Source: Deltaproteobacteria bacterium
Lineage (GTDB): Bacteria; Desulfobacterota; Desulfuromonadia; Geobacterales; Pseudopelobacteraceae
Length of the DNA stretch: 64,000 bases
Assembly (NCBI GenBank): GCA_021779135.1
Contig: JAJYBH010000002.1
Location: 15,423-79,422, forward strand
Direction: 5' to 3'
Below are positions 9,944 to 19,843 of the stretch, piece after piece (within the stretch, counting starts at the first letter, position 1; each line of letters begins with the position of its first letter). Position numbers and translations under genes: made by a program. Below the pieces are notes generated by a model. It saw nothing but the letters and a program-made list of their open reading frames with translations, did not search any database and was not told the DNA's origin.

Positions 9944-10570
9944 ATGAAACAAACCGTTAGATCGATCCTGCATGCCCTGCTGATCTGTTCACTTTCAGCC
10001 TCGGCTTTTGCGGCGGAAGCCGTTTCCGACAAACAAGCCCCAGCGCTAACCCCGCAGCCGGTCGCGTCTCAGCCTGCCCCCACGTCGGCTCAAAAACCGG
10101 CCGAGGCAGCCACTGTAAAGCAAGGCGTGCGTCTGGGACACGTGGATATCGCCCGGGTCGCTGCCGAATCGGAGATGGGAAAAGCCGGCCAGGCGGAAAT
10201 GCTCGACTTGAAGAACAAGCTGCAGGGTCAGATCGAGGCCAAGCGGAAACAACTGGAGAAACAGCAGGCGGCCATCGAGGCCAAGTTTAAAACACTCACC
10301 CCTCCGCAACGGGCAGCCAAGGCCAAGGAGTTTCAGAAGAAGGTCGACGAGTTCCAGAAATTCGGCTTGAAATCCGAAAAGGAACTCCAGGCCAAACAGG
10401 AAGAGTTCGCCGACAAGCTCTTCAAGGCCATCGAGCGGGCCAGTGCCGAACTCGGCAAAGCCAAAGGGCTTGCCATCGTGGTTATCAAGAGGGAGCTGCT
10501 CTATCTGGGCAGCGGTGTTGATGCCCAGGATGTCACCGACGACATCATCAAAATGATGGACAAGAAATAA
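9944..10570 (+). CDS. skp: OmpH/Skp-family periplasmic chaperone
   Basis: Start moved to ATG 9944 (MKQTVRSILHALLICSLSASAFA, signal peptide). The body is coiled-coil rich in K/E/Q, typical of Skp. Confidence 0.7.
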   Translation: MKQTVRSILHALLICSLSASAFAAEAVSDKQAPALTPQPVASQPAPTSAQKPAEAATVKQGVRLGHVDIARVAAESEMGKAGQAEMLDLKNKLQGQIEAKRKQLEKQQAAIEAKFKTLTPPQRAAKAKEFQKKVDEFQKFGLKSEKELQAKQEEFADKLFKAIERASAELGKAKGLAIVVIKRELLYLGSGVDAQDVTDDIIKMMDKK

Positions 10571-10661
10571 GCAATTTCAGTAAGTTCTCGGGGAATACCG
10601 GCAACCTGCCTTGTGCCGCCGTTTTCGACAGGCTTGAGACAGGTTGCCGGACAGACTCCGA

Positions 10662-11681
10662 TCACGTTTCCGTAAAGGTGTAGCGATAGCTGAAGCCCTT
10701 GGGGTCGTAGAAATCGAGTGCCTTCCCGCCGACCTCGGCATAGGGGTATCCGAAGGTGTTCAGCGGCGCCCCTGCCTGTGGCGGATTGAGGCGCAGGTCG
10801 CGGCCCCTGGCCAGCACAACCCGATACGCGTCAATCCCTCCCCAGAAGTAGGCTCGATACTCCCCGGTCTTCGGGTTGTCCAACCCCAGCTTTTCCACCA
10901 GCATCGCCTTGCGCACATCCGCCGGATCGGCGGTCACCCAGCCGTAACCCGGGACAAAGAACTCCGCCCAGCAATGCTGGTAGGTGGTGATATCCTCTTG
11001 CGGCTTCTTGCCGAGCCGGATGCTGAATACCTCGCGGGCCGGCACACCGGCCGCGCGACAGAGCGCAATGAAGACCGACGAGATATCCGTGCATTTCCCG
11101 CCCGGCTTCTTCAGCAGCAGACAGACGTCGCCCCGTCCGCACCCCTTGGTGCCGGGGTCACGATACATGTTCTCCACGCTCCAGTCGTAAATGGCCCGGG
11201 CTTTCTCCAGATTGGTCAATTTTGCCATGGTGATCTTGTCCGCCAAGGCCTTCACATCGCCGTCAAGCGGCCCGAGGCTGGTCGGCCGCAGGTACTCGGC
11301 ATAATCGCCGGGGTTCCAATTCGGCTCTTTGGACGGCAGGTCCCGCTGGGCGATCTCCTTGCGTTTCACCCGGAAAGAGAAGACCAGTTTCCTGCTTGCG
11401 GCCGCCTTGGTCCACTCGGCATACAGCATCGGCGTGCCATGGGTCAGGTCGGTATAGACCCCGGACGCAGCATAGTCACCCGTAACCCTTATGTCACTCA
11501 GCTCCTGGTTGCGATCGCTGACCGGATAGGGTATCCACAGCCTGGCTTCCTTGCCCGCCGCCTGCGCGGTCAGGTCCACTTCCAGGGTAACGATGCCCGC
11601 CCGTTGGCCGGCTCCCCAGGCGCTTCCCGCCACCAGTCCACAGATCACACTTACTGCACACACAATCCTTCTCATATTCAC
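10662..11681 (-). CDS. Transglutaminase-like domain protein (secreted)
   Basis: 339-aa ORF with a signal peptide and a Cys-protease-like core (GKCTDISSVFIALCRAAGVPAR ... HCWAEF ... DP). Confidence 0.7.
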   Translation of the reverse strand: MNMRRIVCAVSVICGLVAGSAWGAGQRAGIVTLEVDLTAQAAGKEARLWIPYPVSDRNQELSDIRVTGDYAASGVYTDLTHGTPMLYAEWTKAAASRKLVFSFRVKRKEIAQRDLPSKEPNWNPGDYAEYLRPTSLGPLDGDVKALADKITMAKLTNLEKARAIYDWSVENMYRDPGTKGCGRGDVCLLLKKPGGKCTDISSVFIALCRAAGVPAREVFSIRLGKKPQEDITTYQHCWAEFFVPGYGWVTADPADVRKAMLVEKLGLDNPKTGEYRAYFWGGIDAYRVVLARGRDLRLNPPQAGAPLNTFGYPYAEVGGKALDFYDPKGFSYRYTFTET

Positions 11682-11949
11682 TCCCTCGTCATGATTTCAC
11701 CGCCTCGCCGCAATGAAACAGCCGCGGATCACAGTCCCCCGGATCTTAGCCCGATTCGTCCGCTGAGACAAACGGGTAGATCCGATGGTCGTGGCCGATG
11801 GTATCGTCAAAACCGATCCGTTCACCTTGCCGCCGGATTTAATTCACTCAAAACCCGTACATTTTGCCAAAACGCTACCACTTGTCATCAATTATGGTAT
11901 ATATCCAACGTTCGGCATCCGAGTCTGGCTTGCAGGGGGAGAACATTCG

Positions 11950-12285
11950 ATGGGCTCTGACAAACGGGAAGATCCGCGCCTGAAAAAACGTCTCACGGTG
12001 CGCTTTGGTATTGAAGAGACGAACAGGGTGGCCTTTACCGAGGATGTTTCCCGCACCGGCATGTTCATCAAGACACCGAATATATGCAATCCCAACACCA
12101 GGATCAAAATCACATTCGAGATAGCAACCGAGAAGGTGGAGCTTGAGGCCCGCGTCATGTGGGCCAAAAAGGTTCCGCAAAACCTTTTTCACCTTGTCAA
12201 AAAGAGCGGCATGGGGGTGCGCTTCCTCCGTTTTCATTCAGGAGAAGACCCCTTTAACAGTTACATTGAGAATCCAACCGGCTAG
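11950..12285 (+). CDS. PilZ domain protein
   Basis: Start moved to ATG 11950, preceded by GGGGGAG. PilZ motifs RLKKRLTVR and DVSRTGMFI are present. Confidence 0.7.
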   Translation: MGSDKREDPRLKKRLTVRFGIEETNRVAFTEDVSRTGMFIKTPNICNPNTRIKITFEIATEKVELEARVMWAKKVPQNLFHLVKKSGMGVRFLRFHSGEDPFNSYIENPTG

Positions 12286-12319
12286 ACGGCATGGTCATAT
12301 AACAGGGATACAAACGGAT

Positions 12320-13411
12320 ATGTGCAAGAAAATCTTCATCGGCGCGACCGGACAAAACTGCGGCAAGACCACAATCAGCCTGTCGCTGATGCATCTGGCC
12401 CGCAAGAGATATGCCCGAGTCGGCTTCATCAAGCCGATCGGACCCAAGTGCATTGTATACCGGGGTCTGACCATGGATATGGACGCGGCCATGATGGCGA
12501 AGGTGTACAACCTCGATGAGGATGCGCATCTCATGTCCCCAATGACCCTTGTCCCCGGCCTGACCCGCCGGTTCCTGGATGGAGAAATCTCCCCTGATTA
12601 TCCGCGCGATGTCATACTCAAGGCAATCGAACAGCTTGAAAAAAAGAATGATTTCCTGATCATCGAGGGCGCCGGCCATGGTGGCGTGGGTTCGGTTGTC
12701 GGAATGAACAATGCCTGTACGGCCTCCCTGACGGGTGCACCGGTACTGATGGTGACCGGCGGCGGTATCGGCAATGTCATTGATGCCGTGGGGCTCAATC
12801 TGGCCTTGTACAAGGAAGCCAATGCCGATGTACGCATGATCATGGTCAACAAGCTGGTGCCTGAAAAGCGGGAACGATCACTGGCGTACATCCGCAAGGG
12901 CTTTGCCGACAGGAAGATCCTCGTAACAAGCGCATTCGATTTTTCGCCAATTCTGGCCGACCCGACCCTGCAGCATGTGGCTGAATTGCTGAAGCTGCCG
13001 CTGATGGGCGACCCGTCCGAACGCAGCCGCATCTGCCATACGATCCAGCTTGGCGCATCGTCCTCGCAGCGCGTTATCGATCACCTGGAAGATTCAACGC
13101 TGCTCATCGTCACCAGTTCCCGGGATGAACTGATCGTGACGGCATCGTCGCTGCACCATATTCCCGACTTCAAAAAGCGCCTGACCGGTCTGATCATCAG
13201 TGGTCACGCCCCGATGTCCAACATCACCAAGCAGATTCTGGAAGACAGCCGGATACCCTACATACGGATAGAGGAAACCTCGTCGGTCGTTTTCTCGCTC
13301 CTGCGTGAACACGTCTCCAAGATCGGACCCGAGGATCAGGAAAAGATCGATCTGATTAACTCCATGGCCGAGCAGTACATCGATTTCGATACCATCGACG
13401 CCATGTTGTAA
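12320..13411 (+). CDS. P-loop (BioD/CobQ-like) plus DRTGG-domain protein, resembling the N-terminal region of phosphotransacetylase
   Basis: Start moved to ATG 12320 (MCKKIFIGATGQNCGKTT P-loop). The C-terminal half looks DRTGG-like (LLIVTSSRDELIV). Confidence 0.55.
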   Translation: MCKKIFIGATGQNCGKTTISLSLMHLARKRYARVGFIKPIGPKCIVYRGLTMDMDAAMMAKVYNLDEDAHLMSPMTLVPGLTRRFLDGEISPDYPRDVILKAIEQLEKKNDFLIIEGAGHGGVGSVVGMNNACTASLTGAPVLMVTGGGIGNVIDAVGLNLALYKEANADVRMIMVNKLVPEKRERSLAYIRKGFADRKILVTSAFDFSPILADPTLQHVAELLKLPLMGDPSERSRICHTIQLGASSSQRVIDHLEDSTLLIVTSSRDELIVTASSLHHIPDFKKRLTGLIISGHAPMSNITKQILEDSRIPYIRIEETSSVVFSLLREHVSKIGPEDQEKIDLINSMAEQYIDFDTIDAML

Positions 13412-13645
13412 TTCCCGCGACAACGCTTCCACCTTGTCTCTAATTAACGCCCTGCAGTACCCGGTAACCCATTCCGCCAACGCCTCGACTCTCCCGGAAT
13501 TCAAGTATGACGTATTATGTCACGACCATGTGCTACCTTTTCTGTAAAGAACAGGGGGTATCACATGGAACCGATTGTGCTGATGGGGTTGATAGTCGTT
13601 GTGTACGGAGGATATGTGGCCTTGGAGGATCTCCGGAAGGATCTG

Positions 13646-14482
13646 TCAGTCTGTATTCCCCGGCGTGACGTCAGGATTGCCGACCGCTGCGTCCAGCGGG
13701 GGCGGAACCTGAAGCCGCCCATCGAGAAGATGGCGGGGATGCACATTTGATAGCGCCTTGAGCAGGCTGTTTTTTACGTGCGGTATATCCTTCTGCAGCT
13801 CGCTGAGCAGGCGTTTCATCCGCTTGCGCTGCAGGTCGGCGCTGCCGCAGACCGGACAACGGCAGCAGACCACCGGCAGGTGCGCTTGTCGTGAAAAATC
13901 GATGATGTCCTGCTCCAGCACATATACCAGCGGCCGGATGACGGTGATGACGCCGTTGTCTGCCAGCATGGAGGGCGACATGGCCTTCAGGGAGCCGACA
14001 AAGAACTGGTTCAGCAGCAGGGTCTCGATAAAGTCGTCCTGATGATGGCCCAGAGCCAGCTTGTTGCATCCCAGTTGCTGGGCGGTCTCATACAGCGCCC
14101 CTCGTTTGAGTCGGGCACAGATGGAACAGTAGGAAGAGCCGGGGCGGCGTTTCTCCTGAATGATGGCGTAATGCTCGGTGGGCACCATGCGGTAGCTGAA
14201 ACCGTTATCCCGCAGAAAGCCCTCGATGACACCGGTCTGATAACCGGGATATCCTGAATCGATGTTGATGGCAACCAGTTCGAATGATACGGGCGCCCGT
14301 CGCCGCAACTCTTCGAGTATCAGCAGCAGGGTGTAGGAGTCTTTGCCTCCCGACACGGCCACGGCGATACGGTCACCGTCAGCGATCATCCCGAAATCGC
14401 CGATGGCCTTGCCGACCCCGTGGCGCAACCGGCGCCATAACGGATCGGATTTCAGGTCATCCAGAACAGGGGACATCGTCAA
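13646..14482 (-). CDS. ttcA: tRNA 2-thiocytidine(32) synthetase TtcA-like PP-loop ATPase
   Basis: PP-loop SGGKDS, plus Cys pairs CSICARL and CCRCPVCG. Confidence 0.8.
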   Translation of the reverse strand: MTMSPVLDDLKSDPLWRRLRHGVGKAIGDFGMIADGDRIAVAVSGGKDSYTLLLILEELRRRAPVSFELVAINIDSGYPGYQTGVIEGFLRDNGFSYRMVPTEHYAIIQEKRRPGSSYCSICARLKRGALYETAQQLGCNKLALGHHQDDFIETLLLNQFFVGSLKAMSPSMLADNGVITVIRPLVYVLEQDIIDFSRQAHLPVVCCRCPVCGSADLQRKRMKRLLSELQKDIPHVKNSLLKALSNVHPRHLLDGRLQVPPPLDAAVGNPDVTPGNTD

Positions 14483-15582
14483 TGATGCAACCGGGCCAGA
14501 AAATCCCGTACCAGGGGGGCAAAGGTTTCGTGTTCCAGCAGGAAGGCGTCATGGCCGTAGGCCGATTCGATCAGGTGATACTCGGTGACCTTGCCCAATC
14601 CTTTCAGGCAGGTAACCATCTCTTCGGTCTGGTAGGGGGGGTAGAGCCAATCCGAGCTGAATGCGTAAAACTGAATCGGGGCCGTTACCGGACTGAATGC
14701 CTCCGCCATGGATTCGCAGCCCCAGGCAACGTCATACAGGTCCAGCGCCTTGGCCAGATACAGGAAGGAGTTGGCATCAAAGCGGTCAACGAAGCTGTAA
14801 CCATTGTAGTTCAGGTAGCGCTCCACCTCGAACTGCCCGAAAAAATCGAACAGGCCATCCTTGGCGGAAAATCGCCGGCCGAACTTGGCGTTCATGGACT
14901 CATCGGATAAGAAGGTGATGTGACCGATACCGCGAGCCAGTGCCAGGCCATCCTTGGGATTGTGCTTGTATTCGCCCTTGCGCCAGGTGGGGTCGTTGAA
15001 GATCGCCCAGCGGGCCACGGCGTTCAGGGCAATCGCCTGTGGAGAGGGGGGCGGGGTGGGGGCCAGCACGATTGCCGAGGCAATCGATTCCGGGTGCTGG
15101 GTGGCCCACTCCAGGGCCTGCATGCCGCCCATGCTGCCGCCCATCACGCACAACAGGCGCTTGATACCGAGCGAGTCGATCAGCAGCTTCTGGGCCCGGA
15201 CCATATCCCGCACGGTAACGACCGGGAAGGTCAGGTTATAGCGCTTGCCGGTTTTCGGGTTGATGGAGGCCGGCCCGGTCGAGCCGTAGCAGGAGCCGAT
15301 CACATTGGCGCAGATGACGAAATAGCGGTCTGTGTCGAGGAGTTTGCCCGGACCGACGATGGCATCCCACCAGCCCGGTTTGGGGTCATCAGGGTCCAAT
15401 TTCCCCGCCAGGTGGGCATTCCCGGTCCAGGCGTGTTCTACCAGGATGGCGTTGGATGCGTCCGTGTCGAGAGTCCCGTAGGTTTCATAGACGAGGGTGA
15501 TTGGTGCGAGGATTCGTCCGCTGTCCAGCCGGATACCGGCGTCGAAGGTTTTGGATTGTTCCGTGACAATGCCGACTGACAT
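14479..15582 (-). CDS. metX: Homoserine O-acetyltransferase
   Basis: Alpha/beta hydrolase with [12 protein letters not shown]. Start moved to ATG 15582 (MSVGIVTEQ). A SAM-I riboswitch lies upstream. Confidence 0.85.
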   Translation of the reverse strand: MSVGIVTEQSKTFDAGIRLDSGRILAPITLVYETYGTLDTDASNAILVEHAWTGNAHLAGKLDPDDPKPGWWDAIVGPGKLLDTDRYFVICANVIGSCYGSTGPASINPKTGKRYNLTFPVVTVRDMVRAQKLLIDSLGIKRLLCVMGGSMGGMQALEWATQHPESIASAIVLAPTPPPSPQAIALNAVARWAIFNDPTWRKGEYKHNPKDGLALARGIGHITFLSDESMNAKFGRRFSAKDGLFDFFGQFEVERYLNYNGYSFVDRFDANSFLYLAKALDLYDVAWGCESMAEAFSPVTAPIQFYAFSSDWLYPPYQTEEMVTCLKGLGKVTEYHLIESAYGHDAFLLEHETFAPLVRDFLARLHH

Positions 15583-15583
15583 C

Positions 15584-15745
15584 AAAAAAGCCCCTTCGCA
15601 CAAACAGAGAAGGGGCTGAAACAACACAGGTCGCAGCGCACCTCTCATCTTTGCCTTTCGGCAGGAATTAGCACCTGACGCCTCATTGGCCGGTTGCTGT
15701 GGTTTCGCAGGGCCTTTCCCTCCACCACTCTCGATAAGCAGGTTT
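15584..15745 (-). promoter_or_regulatory. SAM-I (S-box) riboswitch with terminator
   Basis: The minus strand reads CUUAUCGAGAGUGGUGGAGGGAAAGGCCCUGCGAAACCACAGCAACC...AGGUGCUAAUUCCUGCCGAAAGGCAAAGAUGAGAGG, followed by the terminator AGCCCCUUCUCUGUUUGUGCGAAGGGGCUUUUUU (plus 15584-15617). Confidence 0.9.
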
Positions 15746-15912
15746 TATGCAGCAAGGATACGAAAGAACGTATCTGTTGTCAATCAAATATGCCTCCATA
15801 ATATGCGGCCCAGGCCAGCCCCGCAGCCCGCAAATTGTCTGGAAAACAGGGCCGGCATCTGCTATAAGAAGGAATCAAAAACGGCATTCCATGCCGTCCG
15901 CAAGGGGGCTAC

Positions 15913-16908
15913 ATGAAAAGACTTCTGCTGTGTGTGCTGCTTACCGCCGTAGTCACGGGCTGCTCACAGAACCACTTTAATATTCCCACCGAGAATTTTG
16001 CCGAAAAAGTCCGGGTGCTTGGTATCGCTCCCATCATTGTGGATGCGGACTCAGACTTCAACTACCCGCAGAAAGATCTGCTGGTCGCGCTGCTGGCGGA
16101 AACAAATCGCAAGTACGAGCAGCAGTTTGTCCGCAAGCTCAAGGCAACCGATAATTTCAAATCGGCTCTGCTGCTGGATGGCGATCCCCAGGCCATCTTT
16201 GGCAAGCTCTTTGCCCGACGTGAAAAGCGTAATGACGCTGCGATCTTCTACAACAAATATTTCTGGAAGACAGACGAACTGCGGAATTATATCCAGAAGA
16301 ACAACCTGGACGCCGTCATGTTTATCGTAGTCAGCGGCCTGACCAAGCCGGATACGGTAACGTCCATCGGGCAGATGAAATCGATGACCACGGACTTCAA
16401 CTACCTGATCATGACCGCCCAGATCCTGGATGCCAATGGCTCCATCCTCTGGGAATACCCGAACTTCCGTCAGCGCCTCCTGAGTTACGACCCGCTGATC
16501 AACCTGGAATACCCCGATTTCAACGAAGCAGAAGCCAACCTGGCCACCGGTACACAGGTTAAATTCAAGACCCTTGAGGGGATCAGGCGCATTTTGGAGC
16601 AGAAACGCAAGGATGTACTGCTGCGGGAAACCCAGGAACCGGTGGTGTACGGAAAACAGTTCGATGATATGATTTCACTGTTGAAGTACGATCATGACAA
16701 GGGAAAGAAGCCGACCGTCTCCGTCAGCGAGCCGCCCAAGACGCCGCAACCTGTTGAGCAGTCTCCCGCGTCACCCGCCGTGGCACCGGCACCCGCCAGT
16801 AGCACCCCCCCGGCTGTGAGCGTGCCGGAGGTCACACGGGTTCCCGTGCTGGAACAGCCGCCGGCGCCCACGGATGAAATAGTTCCCGCCCAGGGCAGCA
16901 CCCTCTGA
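15913..16908 (+). CDS. Lipoprotein of unknown function (Pro-rich C-terminus)
   Basis: Lipobox LLTAVVTGC. No recognisable catalytic motif. Confidence 0.6.
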   Translation: MKRLLLCVLLTAVVTGCSQNHFNIPTENFAEKVRVLGIAPIIVDADSDFNYPQKDLLVALLAETNRKYEQQFVRKLKATDNFKSALLLDGDPQAIFGKLFARREKRNDAAIFYNKYFWKTDELRNYIQKNNLDAVMFIVVSGLTKPDTVTSIGQMKSMTTDFNYLIMTAQILDANGSILWEYPNFRQRLLSYDPLINLEYPDFNEAEANLATGTQVKFKTLEGIRRILEQKRKDVLLRETQEPVVYGKQFDDMISLLKYDHDKGKKPTVSVSEPPKTPQPVEQSPASPAVAPAPASSTPPAVSVPEVTRVPVLEQPPAPTDEIVPAQGSTL

Positions 16909-16934
16909 CGATACGTGTTTCCATTGACAAAAGA

Positions 16935-16970
16935 CCAGCGCCCTTCCGGAATTCTCCGGAAGGGCGCTGG
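16935..16970. terminator. Perfect 16-bp palindromic hairpin between convergent genes
   Basis: CCAGCGCCCTTCCGGAATTCTCCGGAAGGGCGCTGG. Confidence 0.6.
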
Positions 16971-17001
16971 CGCGTTTCATGCCGCAATAGTGGGATTGGC
17001 G

Positions 17002-17718
17002 TTACGTGTGGACCTCTGCCCGTTTTATGATCATCAGCGACAGATAGTCCGGTGAATGAGCGGCCATCTCGGCCAGACCGGTCAGCACCTTCTGCCGGGA
17101 AGAGCCGACCCGTTCCACAAACACCGTACTCCCTTGTCTGCCCATCTGCCTGAGCACCTCAAGGATCTCTCCAAAGAGCGGCTTGACCTTCAGCAAAACC
17201 ACCGTATCGTAGCTGGCCAGCGCCTCTATGACCTTCTCCAGGCCGGCCGTGGCAGGGATGATGGCGATCCGCTCGTCCGCCTCGGCCAACGGGACACAGG
17301 CCACGGCAGCAGCAGTATTGATGCTGGAGATACCGGGGATGATCTCCACGGCCATCTGCGGATAGGACTCGCGGAAGATGCGCAGCAGGTAGATGAAGGT
17401 CGAATAGAGCAGCGGGTCACCGATGGTGACAAAGGCGACATCCCTGCCGGCCAGAACCTTCTCGGCGATCAGCGCCGCTGCTTCCTGCCAGGCCGGAAGC
17501 AGCCTCGACCGGTCGGAGGTCATCGGGAACTGGTGGATGATGATCTCCTGGCGCCCTTCATCCAGGAATTCACGAATTGTTTCCAGCGCCACACTGGCTT
17601 CGCCCGGGTTGGATGCCGGAGCCAGGACGACATCCGCCTGGCGCAGCACGCGCTCGGCCTTTCTGGTCAGGAGTTCCGGATCGCCGGGACCGACCCCGAC
17701 CGCATAGAGCGTTGCCAC
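17002..17718 (-). CDS. cbiL: Precorrin-2 / cobalt-factor-II C20-methyltransferase
   Basis: 238-aa tetrapyrrole methylase with LYAVGVGPGDPELLT. Confidence 0.75.
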   Translation of the reverse strand: MATLYAVGVGPGDPELLTRKAERVLRQADVVLAPASNPGEASVALETIREFLDEGRQEIIIHQFPMTSDRSRLLPAWQEAAALIAEKVLAGRDVAFVTIGDPLLYSTFIYLLRIFRESYPQMAVEIIPGISSINTAAAVACVPLAEADERIAIIPATAGLEKVIEALASYDTVVLLKVKPLFGEILEVLRQMGRQGSTVFVERVGSSRQKVLTGLAEMAAHSPDYLSLMIIKRAEVHT

Positions 17719-18935
17719 TACTCGTTCCCTTTCCAGGCGGCAATGATATAGACCGGGTTCTGAGCCTCGAACATCTTGTATTCGGTCAAGCGGCGGGTCT
17801 TGGCAATATTGACGCAGGTTGCCTCCACGGTGTAGCCGTGGTCCTCCAGAAACTCAACCGCCTTGGTGAGGGTGTCCAGCGTCACCGCATTCAGCACGAT
17901 CATCCCGTCGGCCTTGAGGCGCTTGTCCACGGCGTCGATGATCTCTTCCAACTGCCCGCCCGCGCCCCCGATGAAGACCCGGTCAGGATCGGGAAGATCC
18001 TCCAAGCCCTCCGGTGCAAAGGCCTCGATCAGCTTCACATTGCGGGTGCAGAACTTCTTCAGGTTTTCGCGGATAAAACCGACACACTGCGGATTTCTTT
18101 CCACGGCAAAGATGCGGCCGTTGGGCATCAGATTGGAGGCCTCGATCGAGACGGAACAGCTGCCGGCGCCGATATCCCACATGGTCAGATCATCCTGCAA
18201 CTGCAGCTTGGAGAGGGTGACGGCCCGCACTTCCTGCTTGGTAATCAGCTTCTTGGTGGTCTGGAACTCATCGTCGTCAATGCCGATCAAAGGATACTGA
18301 ACCAGATTTGGCTCGTAGGTCCGGATCAGGATCAGGATGTTCAGGTCGGAGGGCGTCAGCTCCAGCAGGCCGCGCAGGTCGCAGCGGGTGAACTTTTCCG
18401 TGGGCAGCCCCAGGTCTTCGCACAACCAGGCCTCGTACCCTTCGGCGCCACGGTCGATAAGCTCACGGGCAATGGCCGCCGGTGTATTGACCTTATCGGT
18501 CAGGACGCAGGCCTTCTCGGCGGCAACAATCTTATCCACCGCCGCATGCATCCCGCGACCATGGACAGATACGAAGATGGCGTCATCCCAGGGTTCCTTG
18601 ATGCGGGAAAAGGCGTATTGCATGCTGGTGACGTTGGTGAATATCTCGATGCGCTCCTTAGGCAGGTTGCGCAGCAGGAAACGGGAAATGCCGAAAAAGG
18701 TAGGATCTCCCGAAGAGAGAATTGCAACGCGCTTGTCTGTCTTCTGGAGAAAATCGAGGAGTTCCGGCAGCGGGCCCAGTTCGGTTTTCTGGCCGCGGAA
18801 GTCGGGAAAGATGGCCAGGTGCCGCTGATGGCCGATCAGCACCTCGGCTTTACCGATGATCTCCAGCGCCTTGGAGCTGAAACCCTCCCAGCCGGCCATG
18901 CCGGCACCTACCAGGTAGATCTTCTGCTGTGCCAT
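17718..18935 (-). CDS. cbiET: Bifunctional cobalt-precorrin-7 C5-methyltransferase / cobalt-precorrin-6B C15-methyltransferase (CbiE-CbiT fusion)
   Basis: 405 aa. An N-terminal tetrapyrrole methylase is joined to a C-terminal SAM-MTase (DIGAGSCSVSIEA). Confidence 0.75.
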   Translation of the reverse strand: MAQQKIYLVGAGMAGWEGFSSKALEIIGKAEVLIGHQRHLAIFPDFRGQKTELGPLPELLDFLQKTDKRVAILSSGDPTFFGISRFLLRNLPKERIEIFTNVTSMQYAFSRIKEPWDDAIFVSVHGRGMHAAVDKIVAAEKACVLTDKVNTPAAIARELIDRGAEGYEAWLCEDLGLPTEKFTRCDLRGLLELTPSDLNILILIRTYEPNLVQYPLIGIDDDEFQTTKKLITKQEVRAVTLSKLQLQDDLTMWDIGAGSCSVSIEASNLMPNGRIFAVERNPQCVGFIRENLKKFCTRNVKLIEAFAPEGLEDLPDPDRVFIGGAGGQLEEIIDAVDKRLKADGMIVLNAVTLDTLTKAVEFLEDHGYTVEATCVNIAKTRRLTEYKMFEAQNPVYIIAAWKGNE

Positions 18936-19239
18936 TTGAAGTACTCCGCTGTGTAATTGTGAACCATTCCGGGCAGAACTATAGCATCCAACCTGCCAAA
19001 AATCACCTGATTACTTCCTCTGCGCCGGCATCGTCCATTTTATGCTGTTCAGGGTCGTGTTGCTCAGCATGATGACGAAACGTACGCGACATCCCCGCAC
19101 CTCGTGACGAATTTTAGTCAAATAACGCACAAAGTTTGCGTCGCTAGATTTACGCAAAAAACAAAAGCACATAATCTTAGCTAGTTACGGGTGGCAATAA
19201 TCAGGCATGAAAAATGCTATTAAAAATGTACCGCTAAAT

Positions 19240-19357
19240 AACGAGACACACGATAATACTAAACCATCCGTGAGGATGGGACGGAAAGCCCAAGGGTCTC
19301 CCCCGAGACAGCCGGGTCGCCGAAATATCTCAACGATATGGTGACCCGTTTTTTTTT
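19240..19357 (+). promoter_or_regulatory. GEMM-I-like cyclic-dinucleotide riboswitch with terminator
   Basis: Core AAACCAUCCGUGAGGAUGGGACGGAAAGCCCAAGGGUCUC...GAGACAGCCGGGUCGCC. The terminator GGGUCGCCGAAAUAUCUCAACGAUAUGGUGACCC plus a U9 run (19313-19357) overlaps the 3' part of the aptamer. Confidence 0.7.
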
Positions 19358-19411
19358 GTCGCCGCTTCGTTGCGCAGTGATGCGCGACGCACCTGAAAAG
19401 GGGGAGAGATT

Positions 19412-19759
19412 ATGAGCGCCCGGCTGCTGAAGAACCTGAAGTACTCTGCTGTATACCCCATAGTCGTTTCCCTGTTCATGGTTGCATCGGCCCCGTCCGT
19501 CCGGGCGGAAGCGCTCTACCTGCCCCGTCCCGCCGAAACGCCGAAACCGGCGGGCAGCCACCACACTAATAAGCAGAAAATACAACTGAAGCTGGATGAA
19601 GGTGGTGATCTGCTGATTCAGTGCGGTTGTGCACGCTTCATTGTTGCGTATAATTCACCGACAGATCAGTTCAAGGCATCGGAACATCCGCAGAATCCCC
19701 AAGCTGAGCGCAATGCAGCCATCAACGGTATCAGTCTGACGGCCAGTCTGTCGTTCTGA
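19412..19759 (+). CDS. Small secreted protein of unknown function
   Basis: 115 aa, RBS GGGGGAGAG, signal peptide ...MVASAPSVRAEA. It lies downstream of the GEMM-I element. Confidence 0.65.
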   Translation: MSARLLKNLKYSAVYPIVVSLFMVASAPSVRAEALYLPRPAETPKPAGSHHTNKQKIQLKLDEGGDLLIQCGCARFIVAYNSPTDQFKASEHPQNPQAERNAAINGISLTASLSF

Positions 19760-19776
19760 GATAATATTTTCCGTAA

Positions 19777-19820
19777 GAACAGAAAGAGCCCCCGGCGTTC
19801 GCCGGGGGCTCTTTCTGTTC
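19777..19820. terminator. 20-bp perfect hairpin, bidirectional terminator
   Basis: GAACAGAAAGAGCCCCCGGC-GTTC-GCCGGGGGCTCTTTCTGTTC, between the convergent small ORF and typA. Confidence 0.75.
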
Positions 19821-19843
19821 TGGTGTCTGTAAGGATCAGGTTG

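Noticed and set aside
10598-10653. The inverted repeat CCGGCAACCTG...CAGGTTGCCGG between skp and the transglutaminase-like gene, as a terminator.
   Set aside because: The loop is long (about 34 nt) and neither side has a U-run. It is plausible as a weak bidirectional terminator but is not strong enough to annotate.
13565-13750. A small ORF beginning MEPIVLMGLIVVVYGGYVAL (plus strand), with an upstream GGGGG, as a possible membrane mini-protein.
   Set aside because: Most of it overlaps the 3' end of ttcA on the opposite strand, and the hydrophobic part is only about 17 residues. There is no further support.
18936-19239. A cobalamin riboswitch was expected upstream of cbiET-cbiL.
   Set aside because: I read the minus-strand leader and found no B12 box and no GCCACUG core. 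There is only a vague GGAAGU..GGUGA resemblance. I cannot support the call without a covariance-model scan (RF00174).
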